A stretch of DNA of 64,000 nucleotides from Octopus sinensis (GCF_006345805.1 NC_042999.1:8804001-8868000); one strand, 5' to 3'; shown: positions 1 to 12,029, numbered from the stretch's first letter. Notes: generated by a model not told the origin, from the sequence alone. Translations and numbers: made by a program.

Positions 1-428
1 GTATATATATGTATGTATATATGTATGTCTATGTGTATATATGTATATATATATATATAGAGAGAGAAAAATTTTTGTTTGCTTGTTATCAGTCGTAAGA
101 CACTTGTTGTTTTCACCGTTCAGTTAATGCTTCTGTATTTCAGGTTTTCTGTATTCCATTATTGTTTTTTTGTTTTTTTTATATCTGTCTCTTTTGCTGT
201 CCTGGTGTTCGTATGCATTCGATCCTTCTTCCAGGAAATCTACGCTTCCAGCTTAGTTTTTCTTGGAGGGCTGGCCGTGATCTAGTAATCTCAAGATTAA
301 TCAGCCGAAATTACTACGATGATCCGGTTCTTGACTGAAGACTGAGGGGTTCGAATGTCCTGTCCATGTGTATTGTATCGTCTTCTATGAGTTATACGTT
401 CTTGTCCGTGTTGTATTTTCTCTACATA

Positions 429-473
<45 letters not shown>

Positions 474-589
474 GTGTGTGTGTGTAAGTTTATATGTATG
501 TATCCGTCTATATAATAGGTAACTGCACGTACATATACTTAATATTTATTATTTATTTTTTGAGTATGCATGTACGAATAACTGCGCGT

Positions 590-861
590 ATATATATTTT
601 ACTATTTACTTATTTTTTGAGTAGCATGTAAGTATAAATATAAGGAGGCGCGTGTGTGTGTGTATGTCTAAGCATAGATATATGTATACTTTTACGCATG
701 TGTGTACTTATGTGTATATATGGATGCGCGCGTGTGTGTGTGTGTGTATGGGTACGCATGTACATGTGTATGTGGCGTGTAGTGTATAATATGTATATGT
801 GTGTGTATGCGTATGTGTGTGTATATGTGTATATATATATATCTGTGTATATATATGTGGA

Positions 862-898
<37 letters not shown>

Positions 899-1312
899 CA
901 TGTATGTATTTGTATGTAGGTGTATATGTATGTGTGTGTATTTATATTTATTGGTGTATATATATAGACTAGCCTTCTAAGAGTGTAGACATGAATCTGT
1001 AGGTACGCGTACGTATGTGTATATACGTGAATGTATGTAGATGTATGTATGTATGAATATAACGCGTGCGTGCGTGTATGTGTATGAGTGTACGAATGAG
1101 TGAGTGTACGTGCTAAAGAGTGTGCGTGAGTGAATGAGTGCTTGTTTTCCAGTAGACAGATAAATGGACTGGCTGTCATAGCCAAGATGTTTGTGACCAA
1201 GCGGCCAAAGATAACAAAAGTAATAAACGAAGATAATAAAATTAAAATTAGGGAAGGGTCTGTATTTGTATGTGTATATATATTGTGTATGTGTAGGTAT
1301 GCATAGGTACAC

Positions 1313-1358
<46 letters not shown>

Positions 1359-1725
1359 ATATGTATGTATGTGTGTGTATATGTGTGTGTATGTGTATAT
1401 ATGTGTATAGGGACTAGTGTGCTGTGTGTGCATGTGTGTGTGTGGATATGTGTGTGTATGCGTGTATGTGAGTATGTGTGTTATGTGTGTATTATATATT
1501 TTTCTGTGCGTATATGTATGTGTGGTCGTGTGTGTATATATACATGTGTGTATACGTGTATGCATGTGGAGTGTGTGATGTATACATATATGTGTATGTG
1601 TAGATATGTATATGTATGTGTATGTGTAAGTGTAATATATGTATATATGTGTGTGTATGTATGTGTGTATGTATATGTATATATGTTTGTATGTGTGTTG
1701 TATGTATTATACATGTGTGCATAGG
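590..1725. repeat. Compound (TG)n/(TA)n/(TATG)n microsatellite field
   Basis: Visible di- and tetranucleotide repeats; they account for all Y/I/H/T/V/C-rich ORFs between 610 and 1724. Confidence 0.95.
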
Positions 1726-2015
1726 TATAAGTGAGAATCTCCTTATTTACCTAAAACTCTATTCCCCTTTTTTTTATATATAGATTTTTTATTTTTTATT
1801 TTTTTTTATTTATTCTTCTATCTATTTAACACGGACTCCTTGACCACTCCCCCAAGTATGATATTTTGCGCTAATCCTACCCCCCAAAAGTCCCCCACCA
1901 ACACCCCTTTAAACCTGCCTAAATGTATAAATGCCAATACAATTCTTGTTACTAGCTTCCTGAAGATTTCTCTTGAATGAAACAGTTCTAGTCCTGTAGA
2001 AGCTCCTTCTATATA

Positions 2016-2020
<5 letters not shown>
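1725..2020 (+). mobile_element. PLE-type terminal repeat (pLTR) remnant carrying a hammerhead
   Basis: The 3' part (CTTCCTGAAGATTTCTCTTGAATGAAACAG...CTATATAATAAA) recurs at 35119-35240 and contains a type I hammerhead. The PLE assignment is inference from the known hammerhead-pLTR association. Confidence 0.6.
1954..2004 (+). ncRNA. Type I hammerhead ribozyme motif (canonical core)
   Basis: AGCTTC-CTGAAGA-T.TTC.TCTT.GAA.T-GAAA-CAG.TTCTAGTC.CTG-TA-GAAGCT. Helix I is 6 bp, the triplet is GUA, and the first position of helix II is a U-U mismatch. Confidence 0.75.
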
Positions 2021-2062
<42 letters not shown>

Positions 2063-2077
2063 TACTTCTCCATGTAT

Positions 2078-2585
2078 GGAGGCGCAATGACCCGGTGGTT
2101 AGGGCAGCGGACTCGCGGTCGTAGGATCACGCTTTCAATTCCCAGACCGGGCATTGTGAGTATTTATTGAGCAAAAACACCTAAAGCTCCACGAGGCTCC
2201 GGCAGGGGGTTGTGGTGAACCCTGCTGTACTCTTTCACCATAACTTTCTCATTCTTTCTTCCTGTTTCTGTTGTACCTGTATTTCAAAGGGCCAGCCTTG
2301 TCACACTCTGTGTCACGCTGAATCGCCCCGAGAACTACGTTACGGGTACACGTGTCTGTGGAGTGCTCAGCCACTTGCACGTTGATAAACGAGCCGCGAC
2401 GTCACAGGTGCCAAGCTGTATCGGCCTCTTTGCCTTTCCCTTGGATAACATCGGTGGCGTGGAGAGAGGAGGCTGGTATGCGTGGGCGACTGCTGGTCTT
2501 CCATAAACAACCTTGCCCGGACTTGTGCCTCGGAGGGTAACAACCTAAGTTCAATCCCAAAGTCATTCATGACCGAAGGGTGTCA
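2078..2585 (+). mobile_element. tRNA-derived SINE family A (head A1)
   Basis: Head GGCGCAATGACCCGGTGGTTAGG...TTCAATTCCC has A/B-box-like motifs; the body is shared with copies at 30558-30936, 48875-49177, 51732-52108 and 57793-57950. Confidence 0.85.
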
Positions 2586-2630
2586 CAACATCTCCTCCAT
2601 GTTGAATGGAGACATAAATGCGTCTATAGA

Positions 2631-3020
2631 AGTTAGTTAGTTAGTTAGTTAGTTAGTTAATTTGGCTCAAAAGCAAATAGCAAGGCCATGTAGGGGGACA
2701 TGGAGTTAAGTACAGGGTGGTGTTCATGTAAAGAGTTCAGGCAGGCACTTGAGGTCCAGGGAGGCTTTGAACAAAGCGGCGTCGTCGCATCTTTACCATC
2801 TCGTCTGGCAGCTTGTTCCACGGATCCGCAACCCGACGGAGAAAGCTCCTCTCCTTCGATTGAGATGAAATCGTCGCAGGTAGAGCTTTTCGGAATGACC
2901 CCCGCAGCCGACGCTCTGGAGCAGGAGTGAAGAACAGCTCTTTCGAGAGGTTACACTTTCCGCTTATGATGTTGTGGGCGAGAATGAGATCACTACGGTG
3001 GCGGCGTTTTTCAAGAGAAT
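2631..3020 (-). mobile_element. CR1-like LINE 3' fragment with (TAAC)n tail
   Basis: Minus strand gives SLEKRRHRSDLILAHNIISGK...RVADPWNKLPDEMV (frameshifted), typical of the CR1 ORF2 C-terminus. It ends in (TAAC)n, is cut by the N gap, and has a paralog at 15877-16098. Confidence 0.85.
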
Positions 3021-3120
3021 NNNNNNNNNNNNNNNNNNNNNNNNNNNNNNNNNNNNNNNNNNNNNNNNNNNNNNNNNNNNNNNNNNNNNNNNNNNNNNNN
3101 NNNNNNNNNNNNNNNNNNNN
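3021..3120. other. Assembly gap (100 N)
   Basis: Run of N; ORFs spanning it are artefacts. Confidence 1.
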
Positions 3121-3926
3121 GCAAAGTCGATCTCGGCGGAATTTGAACTCAGAACGTAGTGGCAGACGAAATGCGGCTACGCATTTCGCCCGGTGCGCTA
3201 ACGACTCTGCCAACTCGCCGCCTTTATTAAATAAAAGTTTATTAAATTAAAAACTGAACTCCATAGCTAGAGAGGTTTATCAAGGGAGACAACCCAGTGC
3301 TGTTGCTTGAAAACGAACCGTCTTTACGTGGGTTAGTTATCTTTTCTCATTTACCTGTTTCATTCATTGGACTGCGACCATGGTGGACTCGAGTATTTAT
3401 TTTAAGCTTGATACTGATTCTATTGGTCTCTCTTGCTGAACCGCTAATGTACAGACGGAAATGCAAACAAACCAATACCAGTTATTAAATGGTTGTGGTG
3501 GGCAAAATATACAACAAAGGCAGACCAAGGATATTTATATAATATATAATATATATATATATATATATAATATAGATATTATATATATATATATTATATA
3601 TATAATTATAAACAAGGGCAAAAGAAAAAAGTTTCCTATGTCAATTGCTCAGAGTAGACTTTAAATCACAAATCACCACATTACAATATACATTCACTAT
3701 GAATACAGGATTTAAAGTCCATTCTCAGCATGTTGGCATAGAAATTTCTATTCTTTTGCCTTTGTTTATAATTGTTTAAGATTTTCACCTTTAAAGGTAT
3801 TCTAAAATGCTGGCAACTTTGATGGAATTTTTTGGAAGAAACTTTTATCCTATATTAGAAGTATATATATATATATATACGCGCGTGTGTGTGTGTGTGT
3901 ATACACATATATGTATATATATATTC

Positions 3927-3975
<49 letters not shown>

Positions 3976-4026
3976 CATACTATTATACATAGTATATGTA
4001 TACACACACTATGTATATATATATTC

Positions 4027-4057
<31 letters not shown>

Positions 4058-4626
4058 TATATACATACTTATATATATTTATTCATACATACACACACCG
4101 CACATATATATATATACATACCTGCATGCATACACACACATATATATATATATACAATTTCAATCTACCAAGTTCACATATAAGTCATTGGTCGACCTGG
4201 AGTAATAATATAAGACACTTACCCAAGGTGCCGCACAGTCGGACTGAACCCGAAAGCTCGTGATTGCAAAGAAGCTTCTTGACCACACAGCCACATACCC
4301 GCTTGGTGTTACCAAGTATTTTACGATTCGACCATCTAAACTCTGTTATAATATTATAAAATGACCTAAAAGATATCCGGCTTTTACTCAATATATTTTT
4401 GTTGACGGAAGAAAGTAATTTCTTCAGATGTGAAATTTGTCAATAAAACTTTCACTGGACGTGAGAAGAAATCCGTCAAACGCAGCTGATAAAAAGGGAT
4501 AAAAAGAATCAAAACTTTAAAGTAACCTGTTTTACTTCAACGTGGAAAATCTTGAAGGTCTCATATTTTTATATTATCATTTTATAAATATATGATTTTG
4601 TGCCTTTTTTATAGAATGAAACATAA

Positions 4627-4863
4627 ATAACATAAGAGTGATCAGCCGTCTGAATGTGGCTAGGGTCAGGGCGGGGTGGTGGGGGTGTTACTGATGCATT
4701 TAGCCCCAGGCGAACATCGACGTCACCAGAAGAGCTGACACCATCTCGGTGTCAGCTCTTCTGGTGACGTCGATGTTCGCCTGGGGCTAAATGCATCAGT
4801 AACACCCCCACCACCCCGCCCTGACCCTAGCCACATTCAGATGGCTGATCACTCTTATGTTAT
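4627..4863. repeat. Near-perfect hairpin (116-bp arms, 5-nt loop)
   Basis: 4627-4742 is the reverse complement of 4748-4863 with one mismatch; the loop is ATCTC. Confidence 0.95.
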
Positions 4864-5083
4864 AGAGCAGTTACTGTTTATATCTCGCCCAGAGATTTAT
4901 TATTGAAACATAAATAGAATGGTTGTATACTGTCAACATAACGTGATAGTCTCGTAAAGGGAATTACACCACCGCTATTCAGCTCTAGGAAGCATCGACG
5001 CTTCCTGTCGGCTTTGACACATTTCCTGTGTCCTTATATTTGCGAAGGGGAGACAAGCACCCCCAACAGCTAGGGCTAGCACG

Positions 5084-5126
5084 TAGAGACATGCATGTTT
5101 CTGAGTATTTGCTCGTCATCAGTCCA
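5084..5126 (-). ncRNA. Type I hammerhead motif, retrozyme-like family
   Basis: Minus strand: TGGA-CTGATGA-C.GAG.CAAATA.CTC.A-GAAA-CATGCATG-TC-TCTA. Helix III region ACATGCATGT is palindromic, the triplet is GUC, and an outer 12-bp stem (5036-5047/5164-5175) encloses it. Confidence 0.65.
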
Positions 5127-5380
5127 GGGTAGTCAGTCCTGCTAGTTGAGATACCTGCCAAGGCTTCGCAAATATATATATATATACAGTGAAATCTATT
5201 CACTGGTCACCGAAATTAGAAATTAGAAACATAAATACGAGCAGCGAAATTGGAAAATAACCCAAAATATTTGTTGTAAGAATCTAGATTTTGTAAGTTT
5301 TAACGATGCAAAAGTAATGAATGGCAAATTCACTGCTGCTCCATTTTGAAATCAGAAACCCACGGAATCGAATGAATTAC

Positions 5381-5802
5381 TCTCTCTTTTTACTCTTTTG
5401 CTTGTTTCAGTCATTTGACTGCGGCCATGCTGGAGCACCGCCTTTAGTCGAGGAAATCGACCCCGGGACTTATTCTTTTGTAAGCCTAGTACTTATTCTA
5501 TCGGTGTCTTTTGCCGAACCGCTCAGTGACGGGGACGCAAACACACCAGCATCGGTTGTCAAGCAATGCCAGGGGGACAAACACAGACACACAAACACAT
5601 GCACACACACACATATATATGTATATATATACATATATACGACACACGTCTTTCAGTTTCCGTCTACCAAATCCACTCACAAGGCATTGGTCGGCCCGAG
5701 GCTATAGCAGAAGACACTTGCCCAAGATGCCACGCAGTGGGACTGAACCCGGAACCATGTGGCTGGTAAACAAGCTACTTACCACACAGCCACCCCTGCG
5801 CC
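5381..5802 (-). mobile_element. tRNA-derived SINE family C (CORE-like block, internal microsatellite)
   Basis: Head GGCGCAGGGGTGGCTGTGTGGTAAG, a CORE-like TCTTGGGCAAGTGTCTT block, an internal (TA)/(TG) tract and a tail ending CAAAAGAGTAAAAAGAG. Partial copies lie at ~3350-3500, 4160-4295, 13490-13690, 14070-14230, 38690-38900, 39255-39415, 56815-56935 and 60255-60410. Confidence 0.85.
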
Positions 5803-6171
5803 ATAAAATTCTTTAATAAACTTATCAAATGCGCCTCACAAAATATTTCACGCAAAACGCGCGGTCAGTGATCTTCTAATACAATAAAACACATACAAAC
5901 GTCTCTTCCTGTCGATCAGGCTTGTAGGCAAAGGAATGTAAAACAAGAGAAGGAGTGGGAGTGAGTGGCGGTGAGAGATGCTAAATTAGGCTGACAAAAT
6001 TTCAAGACTTTCCTCCGAAGACGCAAGGGAAAGAAGAGTAAAAGAACAAACGGAGTGGCAGTGGGTGGCAGTCAGAGGCAGGTAACTGTCGGCGAACTCT
6101 TGGGAATTCTGAAACGACCAGCATTTTAAAGAAAATGAAATTAAAGCTTTATCGTAAAATAAATTTGTTAA

Positions 6172-6220
<49 letters not shown>

Positions 6221-6399
6221 ACACACACACACACAAAGAGGCATATAGGTTACGTACAATAAAATGATTTCCCCGACCTACAATGTAAACATACGCGCGC
6301 ACACACACATTCCTGCACTCTCACACGCATATGTTTGCACATGCATAGATGTACATAAACAGGTATGCGTGCGTGCATGTATGAGTATATATATATATA

Positions 6400-6544
6400 T
6401 ATGGAGATGTACTTGCATAGCAAGTGATTTGATCCGAGATCGTGTGCTGGAACGAAAACAATTGCAGCGTAGAAGGTGTTTGTAAGCCATTTAAACGGCT
6501 TTTGTGTGTTTCTTAAATGGCTTACAAACACCTTCCACGCTGCA

Positions 6545-6549
<5 letters not shown>
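6400..6549. repeat. pLTR-like fragment with inverted duplication
   Basis: 6458-6494 and 6513-6549 are inverted with one mismatch; the sequence is homologous to 49330-49441. Confidence 0.8.
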
Positions 6550-6612
<63 letters not shown>

Positions 6613-6699
6613 CATATATATATATATATCATATATATAAACACACACATATATGTATACATAAACATATGTGAACCTATGAAATGTTTATTTACTACC

Positions 6700-7460
6700 T
6701 AAACACGTTTTTACGTTAAGGGGAAAGTGGTGGTGTTGGTGCTGGTGGTGGGGAAACCAAACGATATTTCTGAGGTGCTTCCGACCGAGAAAGTCGGGGC
6801 CTGGCATGTAAGAGATGCGTTCTCTAAATTCGCTAGCAGCAAGTGCCTCGTTATAGTAGGGGACTGCTGCATCAAAAATCTCTTGACTAGAGGAAATGTT
6901 CGTGGTCCTCTTGCTGACAACCTTCACCGGGTTTTTGAACACAATAGGTGGATGACAGAAGGCTGTGTTGATGTACGTTAGCTTCTCGTTTGGCTTGGGG
7001 TAGGGCCTGTATGGACCAGAGACCAAGTCGAGCGTGACGTCAAAGAAGTCCAAGGTGGTGAGATTGGTCTCGATAGTAATTTTCAGTCCCATGGAGCCGA
7101 GGGTGCTAATTAGATCTTTCCTAAGCCCGTCCAGAGTGTGCCCGTTCGCTTCTCTGGAGATGGCTAGGGCGTCATCTCTGTAGAGACCAAAGAGGAGAGA
7201 GGGGAACTTCTTAAGGACATCAAGGATATACAACCCGATGAGGTCGCATACATCTGCGCTGTCGTAGGTCTCCATCGCTAGGTCAAAGGAGCCTACAGGG
7301 TCGAGTTGCTTGACCAAGGTCGAACCATTATTGAACAGCATAATGACATCTAAGTCTTTGTCGCTAATGTCTGAAACGCCTAGCAAAGGAAAGTGCCTTC
7401 ACTAGTAACCCTTTTGATATAGACGGGTAAAAATCGACTATGTCAAACTGGGTGAGACAC
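6700..7460 (-). mobile_element. Penelope-like element reverse transcriptase fragment (GLYRDD type, possibly Naiad-like)
   Basis: FDIVDFYPSI (frameshifted, ~7420-7450), then DSADVCDLIGLYILD...GLYRDDALAI...TTLDFFDVTLDL...YRPYPKPN...HPP...RNIVWF; a PLE RT palm and thumb. Confidence 0.85.
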
Positions 7461-7659
7461 ATGTGTGTGTGTGTGTGCGTGCGTGTGCGTGTGTACATAG
7501 GTACGTTGCATTACGTTGTGTGAAAGAGCAAAGCGTGCTCACTACATGTAAAGGTTGTTACGTTTTATTGAAGCCTGAAGATCGCAGTGGCGTGAAACAT
7601 GAATCACGTGACTAACTCTCTGCGTCAGTTTCAATGAAAACAAACATATATATGTATGT

Positions 7660-7870
7660 ACGTTAGCGCGCTGGGCGAAATGCATAGCCGTATTTCGTCT
7701 GCCGCTACGTTCCGAGTTCAAATTCCGCCGAGGTCGACTTTGTCTTTCATCCTTTCGGGGTCGATAAATTAAGTACCAGTTACACACTGGGTCGATGTAA
7801 TCGACTTAATCCCTTTGTCTGTCCTTGTTTGTCCCCTCCGTGTTTAGCCCCCTTGTGGGTAGTAAAGAAA
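7660..7870 (+). mobile_element. tRNA-derived SINE family B
   Basis: GTTAGCGCGCTGGGCGAAATG...GAGTTCAAATTCC...CCTTTCGGGGTCGATAAATTAAGTACCAG. Other copies lie at ~3121-3225(-), 8700-8815(-), 9830-10060, 11270-11520(-), 12357-12430, 13268-13460, 36355-36550, 44770-44850(-), 46060-46240(-), 46270-46460(-), 54270-54480 and 54510-54670. Confidence 0.85.
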
Positions 7871-8599
7871 TATATATGTATGTACGTTTGTGTGTCTGTG
7901 TGTGTGAGTGAGTGTGTTTGTATGTGTGTGTTTGCGTGTTTGTGTATTTATATATATGGGATGCGTTTTATTATTTTTCTCGAATATTGTCTTTTTGGGG
8001 GACGTGGGATAAAACAAGTTGGGAAAGGTTCTCCGTGATCGATAAATACAAAACGCAAGTGGATCGAGAATATTGCATAGGAGAGGTTTTTCGATCGAAA
8101 TGCACTTCGCTCGATGTGCATGCTACATGCTGCAACACTGCAATCCATCTAGCCACAGCATCTGTTCACAAATATCTAAACTGGGATATCCAGAAGTACG
8201 TGTCTTTGTCGGGACACAGCGAGCTACGAATGACTGATCGAGACTATTGACCTTTTCCGTTGTCAAGGCGACATCCTAATTACTCAGCTACAATTGACGT
8301 TCATTTTGTTTGTAAAATATGCAACCACTTAACGCTTGCAACTTACATTCCTTCTTTTTGTCTTCTTTTCATTTTCATGTTTCCCCAGATCTAAATATTA
8401 CGCATGGAGTTTCACCGTTTTCCCACCGTCCGTTCGTATGTACCGTAATCAATAGATATCGATTTTTATAATGTTGGTTCTAAACAAATTGCATCAGAAC
8501 AGTTGGCACCTTGACGCAAACGGGGGAATTTGTCGTCATCAGCTTTTTCAGTTTTGTGATCGGTTGCCATAACAGGGAAGGTTGGAAACTGTGAATGAG

Positions 8600-8607
8600 T
8601 GGTAGTT

Positions 8608-8693
<86 letters not shown>

Positions 8694-9050
8694 AATCTTT
8701 CCAGCAATTGGCACAGGGCCTGAAATTTTGGGGCAGCGGGTAAGTCGATTACAACGGCCCCCCCCCCACTCCCAGTACTCAACTAGTACTTATTTCATCG
8801 ACCCCAAAAGGACGAAATAATAATAATAATAACAATAATAATAATGATATTTATTGTCCCACAAGTAATGTTAGTAGTAGTAATGGTAGTATTAATAATA
8901 ATAATAACAACAACATTAATAATATTTATTGTCCAGCAAATAGTAGTAGTAATAGTAGTACTACTACTAGTAGTAGTAGTAGTGTTAATAGTGTGAATAG
9001 TGTTAATAAGAATAATAATAACAACAATAATAATATTTATTGTCCCACAT

Positions 9051-9148
<98 letters not shown>

Positions 9149-9179
9149 TATTATTATTATTATTATTATAATTATAATA

Positions 9180-9211
<32 letters not shown>

Positions 9212-9215
9212 AATG
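8600..9215. repeat. Compound (TAG)n/(AAG)n/(AAT)n/(GAT)n microsatellite with higher-order unit
   Basis: Trinucleotide tracts; the spacer TATTTATTGTCC recurs three times within 8845-9045. Confidence 0.9.
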
Positions 9216-10169
9216 TGCCATGAACTTATTTAACTAGACACAGTCGGGCGTAATAGAATTACTTCCGGACTAGTAACTCCTATTTTGTATGTAGTTGGCT
9301 GCCCACAACCACCAGGTATTGAGAGTGAGCAACGAAGAGTATTCAGCTGGAAAGAGCTAATTATATTTATGTAATTTAATAGGTTTTGTTGTCTGAAAAC
9401 ATTTAGGGTCCCATGTGTGGGGTTCCATACATTGAGTTAATTATCAAAAGGCAGAGTTATTTGCATGTCTAATCAATAATCGATAATCAGTTATCCCGTT
9501 CTTCGATACAGATGTGACTGTGATCCAACGAAAACCGTTGTTGAAACAACACACTTCTGGCTTATGAATTTCGTTTATTTAATTGTTTTATATTATTTGT
9601 TCATTTTATATTATTTGTTCATTTATATTATTTACTGCATTTGATGGATATGGTATCGGTGATTTCAGGTATTCAACAAGATAATCGCAGGTTTGCTGTA
9701 TCTATGATCAGCAATTTGACCAGGTGGTATACGTCAAATTAGGGCGGAGCAAAATACCAAGAGCGAATTCTCTCGAAAGAACCGGTTCATCGGTTTTTTT
9801 TCGCAGCGATGTTTATATTTACACATAAAAGGCGGCGAGCTGGCAGAATCGTTAGCACGCCGGGCGAAATGCGTAAACGTATTTCGTCTGCCGCTACGTT
9901 GTGAGTTCAAATTCCGCCGAGGTCGACTTTGCCTTTCATCCTTTTGGGGTCGATAAATTTAGTACCATTTATGCACTGGGGTCGATGTAATCGACTTAAT
10001 CCGTTTGTCTGTCCTTGTTTGTCCCCTCGGTGTTTAGCCCCTTGTGGACAGTAGAGAAATATATATTTTCGCCATTTGAAGTGGAAAGCCAACAGTACAG
10101 TCACCTGTGACTACAACCCCAGGTGAAGCTCTTTTAATTCATTAATCCTTTTCCCTACATAGTATGGTT

Positions 10170-10497
10170 CTCCGTCGGTTACCACGACAAGCGGCGTTCC
10201 AATGGATTCGATCAACGGAACAGCCTGTTCATGAAATTAACGTGAAAGTGGCTGAGCACTCCACAGACCTGTGTACCTTTGACGTAGTTCTCAGCGAGAT
10301 TCAGCGTGACACAAAATGTGACAAAGGTAGTCCTTTGAATTACAGGTACAACTCATTTTTGCCAACTGAGTGGACTGGAGCAACGTACAAATAAAGTGAC
10401 TTGCTCAAAGACACAACGAGCCGCTGAAAATTGAACTCACGACCTTAGGATAGTAAGCCGAATATAGTAACCACTAACTCACGCGTTTTCACACTTG
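10170..10497 (-). mobile_element. SINE family A, head variant A2
   Basis: Reverse complement of the element at 51153-51472, more degenerate. Confidence 0.75.
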
Positions 10498-10584
10498 ATA
10501 CGGAATCGTTGAATTAAGAGGCAGAAGATATTTTCGTCCGAAAATAAGGTACTGAAAAGATCGTCTTATTTTTCTCTTGAAGTA

Positions 10585-10912
10585 CAGTGTGTTCAAAAAG
10601 TCTCTCCGCAGTGAATCTTTTTCATCCTGACTCTCCAAGAGTTGGACTCTCCAAGAGTTGGACTCTCCAAGAGTTGGACTCTCCAAGAGTTGGACTCTCC
10701 AAGAGTTGGACTCTCCAAGAGTTGGACTCTCCAAAATGTATAGAAGAGTCAATTCATGTATTGAAAGTGAATAACGACACTTTCAACACTTCTTATAAAG
10801 TTTTTTTAAAGTCTTGTAAAGTCTAATATATTCTTTTGTAGTCGTATACCATCTTATAAATATCTATTTTGCAATAAAACACTTACTGCGGAGAGACTTT
10901 TTGAACAGCTCG
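10585..10912. mobile_element. Tc1/mariner-type MITE with internal 16-bp tandem array
   Basis: TA at 10583-10584 and 10913-10914; perfect 22-bp inverted repeat GTTCAAAAAGTCTCTCCGCAGT (10591-10612/10885-10906); array (GACTCTCCAAGAGTTG) x6.6 at 10629-10734. Confidence 0.8.
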
Positions 10913-12029
10913 TACTTTCCTTAGAGAGACGATGAGGGTGTGACGGCTATTCTTTATTGCTTTTGTCATTTATAACAACAGTGTGCAAAGAGACAAATAT
11001 CGGGCTCTCTCTCCCTCTTCACCCCCACTACACAAAAGTGAAATATTCAGATACGAGTGGAGGTATTTGTCTCCACTTTGAAAACATAAGGACACAGGAA
11101 ATATGTCAAGTCCAACCGGAAACGGTGTTTCCTAGGGCTAAATAACAGTAGCATTCTTCCCTTTCATGGGACTGTCACATTAAGTTGACAACATGCTATC
11201 ACTTAATTCCTATACGCTCCAGTTTTATTAATGGAACTCCGTTTGTTTCTTGAGTTCTAAGACTCATAAGGCGCACAAGTGACCGAGAGTAAAAGATTTC
11301 TCTGAAAGGGGCGACAATCCGTTGCAAGGTTCAAGTATAACAATTTTGAGGGAAGGGGCAAATCGATTATATCGATCCCTGTACTCGGCTTGTCCTTTAT
11401 TTTATCGACTCCGAAGGGATGAAAGGCAGAGTAGGCCGCGGTGAGATTCGAACTCAGAGCGTAGAAAGCCGGAAGCATTTTGTCCTTCATGCTAAGGATT
11501 CTTCCAGCTCGCCGCCATTTTCTTTTTTAATGGTGATGCAGACCCCACCCAGACATCACCTTTCCCCATCTCAACTGAAACAGCCATCATAAGGATTATT
11601 TGTGCGGAGGAAACACATCCAATATATTACGAAAAGTGAGACGATATGCTTTGGATTTCATTTATTACATTTGATTAGTGACGACATAAAACTAGTAAAA
11701 TGCGGTGTAAATCATCTGAAATACGATATCGAATTAGGATGAAATAATAATTGAATTTGGGTTCGGCTGCGCAACATTTGTCTTATAAAATTATTAACGC
11801 AGACGATAAAACGATGAACATCGCGCATCTCATTTTATGTCTTCTGGTTGGATATAACGAATGATTTTAACCATGTCTTGTATTTCGGTGATGATGAAGA
11901 ATTCAATGGCTGCCATTATTTATTAGATTTTTCCTGAAATATCTTTATTGCTCTGTCTCCAAGTCTATCAGATGTCATTACACATCGCTGATCACATGTT
12001 CTTCGATTGGGCCCTGATATTTTCATTGT

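Noticed and set aside
610-1724. Long ORFs rich in Y/I/H/T or V/C/M (also at 21213-22150, 41019-41629, 57944-58210)
   Set aside because: Translations of (TA)n/(TG)n/(TATG)n microsatellites; no protein signal.
2631-2659. (TTAG)n as a telomere-like repeat
   Set aside because: It is the 3' tail of the adjacent CR1-like LINE; a similar tail is on the paralog at 15877.
2737-3250. ORFs spanning 2737-3250
   Set aside because: They cross the 100-N gap and join a CR1 fragment to a SINE.
7574-7612. Hammerhead-like CTGAAGA-TCGC.AGTG.GCGT-GAAA
   Set aside because: No helix I partner and the triplet would be GUG (non-cleavable); at best a decayed relic.
10629-10734. 16-bp direct repeats as a CRISPR array
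   Set aside because: No spacers, eukaryotic context and no cas genes; it is a tandem array inside a MITE.
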